From: a candidate division WOR-3 bacterium
GTDB taxonomy: Bacteria; Hydrothermota; Tepidihabitantia; Tepidihabitantales; CAIPLT01
DNA length: 64,000 nt
Assembly (NCBI GenBank): GCA_039801505.1
Contig: JBDRUV010000005.1
Location: 19,247 to 83,246 of the forward strand
Direction: 5' to 3'
The notes below the pieces were generated by a model that saw only the letters and a program-made list of their open reading frames with translations, did not search any database and was not told the origin of the DNA. Both the position numbers and the translations under genes were made by a program. How positions within the stretch are numbered: position 1 is the stretch's first letter; each line of letters begins with the position of its first letter. Positions 58,635 through 64,000 of this stretch are shown here, piece after piece.

Positions 58635-61469
58635 TTATTGTACAATTGCAAATTTACCAATTTGTTCGCCGACATCGGATTCGATATGGAAGATATACAC
58701 GCCACTTGACACTAGCTGGTTATGTTCGTTTAAGAGATCCCAATATTCGGTACCACCTTTATCCATTGGTAAAGTGCCGGTATCGTTATGCTCAATGATC
58801 CGCACTAGGTTGCCAGCCAGGGTATAGATACGGATCTTACAACGGGCAGGCAAATGTGTAAAGGCAATCCGGCGGTCGAACCGACCAGTCTCCCAGCGGT
58901 TCGTGATCAGATAGGGATTGGGCACGACTTTGACATTTAAGGTATAAGTGGTGTCGCTTCGAATCTCAGCCGGTTGACCATAGAAATAGAACACATTGTA
59001 ATAAGGTGCGGCAACGCTTTGCGCGCTGGCTTTGATATACCAGGTATCGCCATCGTTGATATTATTAATTAGCGCCCCCACGGTATCGTAGACGGTACCG
59101 GATACGCGATTTAGGGCGATATAACCCCAGTTCAGATAGAGATAAGCGCTTGAGGTCTTTAAGGTATCCGTACCATTTCTTAAGGTGCGGTCCACAAAGC
59201 ACCAACCATTGGCCATCGAGTCATACCAGGTCGGCGTGGTCTGGAATCTAGTCTTTGGCACCTCGACATTACCATTGGTGACATCGATTACCTTGCAGGT
59301 TTTAATATTGCCCACGACTTGCCAGATGATTTTATAATCTGAACCACGATACGCCCACTGTCCGATCGGAATTGTGACATTTCTCGGGGCCAGTCGGTCG
59401 GCTGGATAGTTTCCGGTGATCGGATACACAGTATCATACACTTGTGTTGGTAAGGTCAACGAAGTCTTGGCGATAAGCTCTACACCGCGTAACGGTGTGA
59501 GATACTGGGTCTTAGCGGTGCCGATAGTGTAATAGAAGCGCACGGTATCTTGCACCAGGCTATCGTTCTTATCAACCACCACATAACGATAAAGGGCTCG
59601 GGTCGAAGTTCCGGTATACACCGGACCGGCAAATTTAATCCGTAGCGTCTCTTTCGGTATCAGATATGGAAGCACAATCTTTGTGCTACAGCGTAAGGCA
59701 TTATTAGTGCCACCAACTATACGCTCAATATTGACCCATGAAGACGAATAATTGGGTGCTTCCCATCGGGGCCGTGCTGAAACCGGTGGAGGATTAGATT
59801 CAAAGGAGATCGTATCAATCTGCGTGCCTGCGGTTGTAAAGTTTAAGTCGTAGCTTGTTACTTTATAATAATAAGTAAAGCCATTTACCACATCTTTATC
59901 GACATAGCTATAGAAAAGTCCGCGGTCATTAGCGATCGTGGTGACACCTTCACCTGGTGTCGTATCGCCATAGAAGATCGTGTCGTTTTTGATTTTAAAC
60001 TTGATGCCATTATCTAAATCACACTGGGTAAGTAGCGTCCAATTGATGCCGTCAGCGGACTTATAGAGTTTATATCCTTCAAAGTCAAAGCGCCGGTAGT
60101 TCGGGTCATAACCAGGGCTTGTGGTATCAGAGGCCACAGCATCATAGTAGGGATCCGGGGTGCGTTCGGCAATATCATCCCAGACAATTCGGATTGCCTT
60201 GTCCATCGGATACAGCACGGCATTCGGTGCTGCCGGTGGTCCGGGTAATAACCATCCTTGATTGTAGATGAACTCAGCAGTTACCGCTAATTTACAAAGC
60301 GGCTTTAAGTCGTTAGTATCGCGATTCGGCCAGAGTTCTCCGGCATCGCCATATGGTGCGGCCAGACAGGCCACTAAGATATTCGCCACACCACCCGGGG
60401 GCAGATTGAATGGTCCAGTGCAGGCAATAAACCGTTTATCCATCGGCTGTAAGTCAATCGAGTCATACGGAGAATAAATACCAGTACGATAGTCATAGCC
60501 AGCCATGGTCAGATATTGATCGACATCCTTAGGGGGGTCAATATCGATGGTGAACTTCTTAAAGGCAGTCATGCCCAAGAGTTGTCCGGTCTCAGGATCG
60601 CGGGCACCTTCTAAGAACTTATAGGCTACAACACCAGGCGTCCCAGACTGCCAATAGCTGGTTTCTAGGTTGTTATAATCCCCGACATAACCGACATCCC
60701 GGACTGTATCGCCACCGATCACCCGCTCTTTGATTAAGCCCACCATATCACCTTCTTCTAACACATGATAACCAGATTCCCCAATATCCGGATCCATACA
60801 CGCACCTAAGATCACTTGTTTTAAGGTATCCGATGACACATTCTTCACTTTGTACATGATGAAGAAAATATCCTGATTCGTCGGATAATTCCAAGCCAAG
60901 ACTGTTTGATAGACTTCAATTCCCAGCGGTCGGCCTGGTGATACGTGAAAGTCTTCAGCTAGGTCTGAATACACACACCACATATCTTGCAAGGAGAAGG
61001 CTCGCTGTGGCACTAAAGTCGTATCATAACCAAATCGCCATTGTGGTGGTGGCCAATCTGAGGGATACTTATAGATCCGGTCATAGGCATTGCCTGAGCT
61101 CTGTTCAAAAGCCGGAGCGGGGAAGAACTCGCTATAAGCAGTATTGGGATTATAACCATTGGTCACCAAAGTATCCGACCCCTTGATTGCACCAACCCAA
61201 GGGCCGGCTCCAAAGATATACTGGTTTCTTAACGGATAGGGCCAGAATCCACCACCTTCACCGGTCGCTTCATCGTAGGCATATCGGCCTTCATTATAGA
61301 ACGGACAGCGCCAGCGGTTGATATCTAAATACTTCTTATCTCGGATTCGACTGTCGCGGGGTGGCCGAGTTAGGGAACGGGCCTCGGCTTCTGGTACTAC
61401 TAACACCAGGGCGACAATAATAAATGTTAAGCCCAATAAAAGTTTTTTAATTGAAGATTTGTGTTTCAT
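58635..61469 (-). CDS. Large secreted protein with T9SS type-A C-terminal domain, immediately upstream of the PorV-like gene (PorU-type C-terminal signal peptidase candidate)
   Basis: 944 aa with a signal peptide and a C-terminal VKVVPNPYLITNRW...CKIRIYTLAGNLVRII...SGVYIFHIESDVG sorting domain. Gene order and orientation mirror the porU-porV pair of Bacteroidetes. The catalytic assignment is not verified. Confidence 0.45.
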   Translation of the reverse strand: MKHKSSIKKLLLGLTFIIVALVLVVPEAEARSLTRPPRDSRIRDKKYLDINRWRCPFYNEGRYAYDEATGEGGGFWPYPLRNQYIFGAGPWVGAIKGSDTLVTNGYNPNTAYSEFFPAPAFEQSSGNAYDRIYKYPSDWPPPQWRFGYDTTLVPQRAFSLQDMWCVYSDLAEDFHVSPGRPLGIEVYQTVLAWNYPTNQDIFFIMYKVKNVSSDTLKQVILGACMDPDIGESGYHVLEEGDMVGLIKERVIGGDTVRDVGYVGDYNNLETSYWQSGTPGVVAYKFLEGARDPETGQLLGMTAFKKFTIDIDPPKDVDQYLTMAGYDYRTGIYSPYDSIDLQPMDKRFIACTGPFNLPPGGVANILVACLAAPYGDAGELWPNRDTNDLKPLCKLAVTAEFIYNQGWLLPGPPAAPNAVLYPMDKAIRIVWDDIAERTPDPYYDAVASDTTSPGYDPNYRRFDFEGYKLYKSADGINWTLLTQCDLDNGIKFKIKNDTIFYGDTTPGEGVTTIANDRGLFYSYVDKDVVNGFTYYYKVTSYDLNFTTAGTQIDTISFESNPPPVSARPRWEAPNYSSSWVNIERIVGGTNNALRCSTKIVLPYLIPKETLRIKFAGPVYTGTSTRALYRYVVVDKNDSLVQDTVRFYYTIGTAKTQYLTPLRGVELIAKTSLTLPTQVYDTVYPITGNYPADRLAPRNVTIPIGQWAYRGSDYKIIWQVVGNIKTCKVIDVTNGNVEVPKTRFQTTPTWYDSMANGWCFVDRTLRNGTDTLKTSSAYLYLNWGYIALNRVSGTVYDTVGALINNINDGDTWYIKASAQSVAAPYYNVFYFYGQPAEIRSDTTYTLNVKVVPNPYLITNRWETGRFDRRIAFTHLPARCKIRIYTLAGNLVRIIEHNDTGTLPMDKGGTEYWDLLNEHNQLVSSGVYIFHIESDVGEQIGKFAIVQ

Positions 61470-61479
61470 ACTTTCCCCC

Positions 61480-64000
61480 TTAAATACCGAGACTTAATCC
61501 GACGCGAATCCGTCGGGACATGCCAAAATAAGTCGGCTGGAAATAGCGATCGTTATACGCATCCATGAACGACTGATACATTTCCATTTGGGTCAGAAAG
61601 CCGTCATGGTTGAAATCTCGGGCCGGATGATAATAGGCATCACCAACCCGCAGACCGGACGAGAACTGGCCAGGTACGTACCGGATACCGCGGTCATACG
61701 GTGACCCGGTTATCGTATAGACCTCTTGGATTAGCTCAGCATTTAAGAGATTATAGATATCACAGAAAAGCGTCAACTGCAGATTGCCAATTCGTAAGGC
61801 CTTATTAAGTCGGGAATCGATTCTAAAGGTTGAAGGTCGACGCGCCGAGTTCTCATCAGCCACGCGGTTACCTCGAGCATCGGTTGGGGTATAGGGTAGA
61901 CCGGAGTTATACTGAGCAATAAACGAGGCCTCAAAGTCGCGTAAAGGAATCACAAAGAAATCACTCGGGAACATTAGCCCAAAATCTAAGTTAGCTTGAT
62001 GGCGCATATCATGATCTAATGGATAATCGATCTGTAAGGCATAACCACGAGAATATTCTGCAGTTGCGGTTGACGCGGTGCCTTTAGCAATCTGATAGGT
62101 ATAAGATGCGGAAGCGCGCCAATAGTTGGATAGTTGCTTATTTAGAGTAAACTCGGCACCCATAATTCGGGCATACTCCACATTGTAATACATACTATAA
62201 GATGGAATCGAGCGTACGGTTCGGGTACCCGAGAGGTCGTAGACATCCTTGTAATAGGTGGTTAAGTCAAAGGCAAAGATATCAGAGAGCTGAGCATCAA
62301 AACCCATCTCATAGGCCACAGTCTTTTCGGCTTCCATATCCGGATTACCGACAATGGTATTGGGTCGCTTCTGAATATCAGTCGCCGAGAATTCCACACA
62401 GCTATACAGATCACCAAATGTTGGATTCTTAAAGAAGTGTCCATATGAGAAACGGAATTTTATGCGTTCAGTCACCGGGAACGAGATACCGAGACGGGGC
62501 GAGATCCGATACTTTGCCTCTACCGGCACTAAGGAGTCGCGAATCTCAGTTCGCCCACCAATACTCTCAGGATATAGCCGCCGTTTTACCTTGGCATCTA
62601 GATAATCAAACCGAAAACCACCTCGAATCACTAAGTCTTCAAAATCAGCCCGGTCCTGAATAAATGCCGCAAAGGTTAACGGATGGACATTAAAATGCTC
62701 CCAGAAGGGATTCGGATCATTAGGCATCTGATTGGTGTATTCGGCCAAGGTGTACTGAGTTAACTCCAGACCGGTCTTAAACTCATGAATCTTATTTGGG
62801 GTCCAGGTGATATCACCCTTGGCGTATTTAGTCTGGGTGGTGCGATAATGGAAATAGGAGGGATCAGCACCGGTATAAAAGACCGCTTCATATGTGCCAT
62901 AGGGATTAAGCATGGCAATTCGTAGATCATTACCTTCGTAGTACTTTACACCCGGGGCTCGATATAAGGTGAGTAGGGCATCTTTAGTTGACAGTCCTTC
63001 CGGATTATTTAGCACCCAGTCTTCACCCATAAAGATATACCGGTCCCAAATGCCGGTCCTTCGTAAAAATCCCCAGAAGCCCGTAGTATCAGCACGCTCG
63101 CGGTCAAAGTTTCTGGGATCACGTACTAACGCAGTGTTAAAGAGTCCGGTCTTAAAGGTCCAGACAACCTTCGGTGAGATCATATGGTTTAAGTGGAAGT
63201 TGGCCTTATAAGACCTAACGCGGTTAGCAAACACCCCTTGGAGAAAATATTTCCAGGACTGAGAATAGGCTTGCCATTGATAAGTGGAGTGATGGCCATC
63301 CAGTGTTAGCTTGAGCCCTTCCTTGGTTAGTGGGAAGCTTTTCGGCACATTATAGGTCAGCTTACCATCAATCGCATACTCACCTCTTGGGGCCTGGACT
63401 TTATATAAGCACTCCCGATAATCATCAGTCTTAAAGTACTGCGTCGAGATAAAATACCGGAGTCGGTTATATAATGGAATGGGACCACCCAAAGTCCAGG
63501 TCAGTTGATTATATCCGAAGTTTAAGTCTGGCTTGGGGAAGATCTCATCTGTGGTGTATTTCACCCGGCTTGAAGTCTTTGTGCCACCTTCTTTAGTCAC
63601 AGCCTGCACAATACCGGACATCGCCTCACCATACTCGGGATCAAAACTTCCGGTGATCACGATCACCTCTTGAATTGCTTCTGTGGTTGGCTTGGGACTG
63701 GACCAGAGCACCCCATAGATCGCATCACGCGCCGCCACACCATCAATCAAATACGAGACATCGTCAAATCGGCCACCACGAATATGAGTCCAACCTCGGG
63801 TTTCATCTTGCCGGACTCCAGCCTGCAGTCCGACCAGTTGGGTTAAGGTCTGGACAGGCAATCGATTGAAGTCCTCAGCAGAAGCCGTCCGGGTCGTAGC
63901 CACAGCAGTTCTGATCACTACTTCTCGCTGGGCCTCGACAATTACCGGCTTATCGATCTCAATCACAGTTGATTTTAACTTAAAGTCCACGGTGACTGTC
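61480..64000 (-). CDS. TonB-dependent receptor-like outer-membrane protein, 5' end outside the window
   Basis: 836 or more aa with a plug-domain region (FNRLPVQTLTQLVGLQAGV...IRGG...IDGV) and a long beta-barrel with a C-terminal aromatic residue. No signal peptide at the first in-window Met, so the N-terminus likely lies beyond 64000. Confidence 0.65.
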   Translation of the reverse strand, partial: TVTVDFKLKSTVIEIDKPVIVEAQREVVIRTAVATTRTASAEDFNRLPVQTLTQLVGLQAGVRQDETRGWTHIRGGRFDDVSYLIDGVAARDAIYGVLWSSPKPTTEAIQEVIVITGSFDPEYGEAMSGIVQAVTKEGGTKTSSRVKYTTDEIFPKPDLNFGYNQLTWTLGGPIPLYNRLRYFISTQYFKTDDYRECLYKVQAPRGEYAIDGKLTYNVPKSFPLTKEGLKLTLDGHHSTYQWQAYSQSWKYFLQGVFANRVRSYKANFHLNHMISPKVVWTFKTGLFNTALVRDPRNFDRERADTTGFWGFLRRTGIWDRYIFMGEDWVLNNPEGLSTKDALLTLYRAPGVKYYEGNDLRIAMLNPYGTYEAVFYTGADPSYFHYRTTQTKYAKGDITWTPNKIHEFKTGLELTQYTLAEYTNQMPNDPNPFWEHFNVHPLTFAAFIQDRADFEDLVIRGGFRFDYLDAKVKRRLYPESIGGRTEIRDSLVPVEAKYRISPRLGISFPVTERIKFRFSYGHFFKNPTFGDLYSCVEFSATDIQKRPNTIVGNPDMEAEKTVAYEMGFDAQLSDIFAFDLTTYYKDVYDLSGTRTVRSIPSYSMYYNVEYARIMGAEFTLNKQLSNYWRASASYTYQIAKGTASTATAEYSRGYALQIDYPLDHDMRHQANLDFGLMFPSDFFVIPLRDFEASFIAQYNSGLPYTPTDARGNRVADENSARRPSTFRIDSRLNKALRIGNLQLTLFCDIYNLLNAELIQEVYTITGSPYDRGIRYVPGQFSSGLRVGDAYYHPARDFNHDGFLTQMEMYQSFMDAYNDRYFQPTYFGMSRRIRVGLSLGI

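Noticed and set aside
57567-64000. GC content of the last three genes (PorV-like, 944-aa protein, TonB-like receptor) is about 50-55 %, well above the 33-40 % of many other genes. This was considered as a horizontally acquired island.
   Set aside because: Spot counts show similarly high GC in clearly native housekeeping genes (polX about 52 %, mcm about 47 %). The elevation therefore looks like gene-to-gene variation rather than an island boundary. It cannot be quantified without computation.

Overview
This window is a gene-dense, low-GC (about 35-45 %) bacterial chromosomal segment, mostly housekeeping genes. The plus-strand genes use strong Shine-Dalgarno sites, and several others are driven by near-consensus TTGACA/TATAAT promoters placed so close to the ATG that the mRNA would be leaderless. 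Type IX secretion (T9SS) outer-membrane proteins, proteins with T9SS C-terminal sorting domains (CTD), and tandem GWxTD-domain proteins point to an uncultured Fibrobacteres-Chlorobi-Bacteroidetes (FCB) superphylum lineage that is not a classical Bacteroidetes.

Recognisable content, in order: a pycB/oadA-like carboxyltransferase (5' partial), murF, sua5/tsaC, queA, uvrA, mnmA, an nfnAB-like pair, a stand-alone Lrp-type RAM-domain protein, gdhA, a PP-loop ATPase plus an Nfu-like protein, trpS, a tryptophanase-like lyase, the ispD-dxr-rseP operon, purM and polX. Then come a Na/Pi cotransporter fused to an N-terminal Ig-like domain, secreted HEXXH and clostripain-family (C11) peptidases with T9SS CTDs, acyP, gltX, tRNA-Ser x2, manC, rdgB and tRNA-Leu. 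These are followed by a transglutaminase-like lipoprotein, a SurA-like PPIase, an NHL-repeat protein paired with a PorP/SprF-like gene, and a cobO-meaB cluster with a split methylmalonyl-CoA mutase, a carboxyltransferase and an ALDH. The window ends with an eight-gene minus-strand operon (two GWxTD proteins, RicT/PSP1, thiC, a class V aminotransferase, YitT, a CN hydrolase, DUF4139), a PorU-candidate/PorV-like pair and a partial TonB-dependent receptor.

The most unusual signal is a family of degenerate GC-rich palindromic elements of roughly 30-55 nt, built around CCCCTGGACCGTAGGGG and GGGGATGGTC. A copy sits in every large intergenic gap, six copies in all, each gap being 280-460 nt and otherwise unexplained. 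This looks like an undescribed dispersed repeat or small-RNA family.

No CRISPR array or mobile element was seen.
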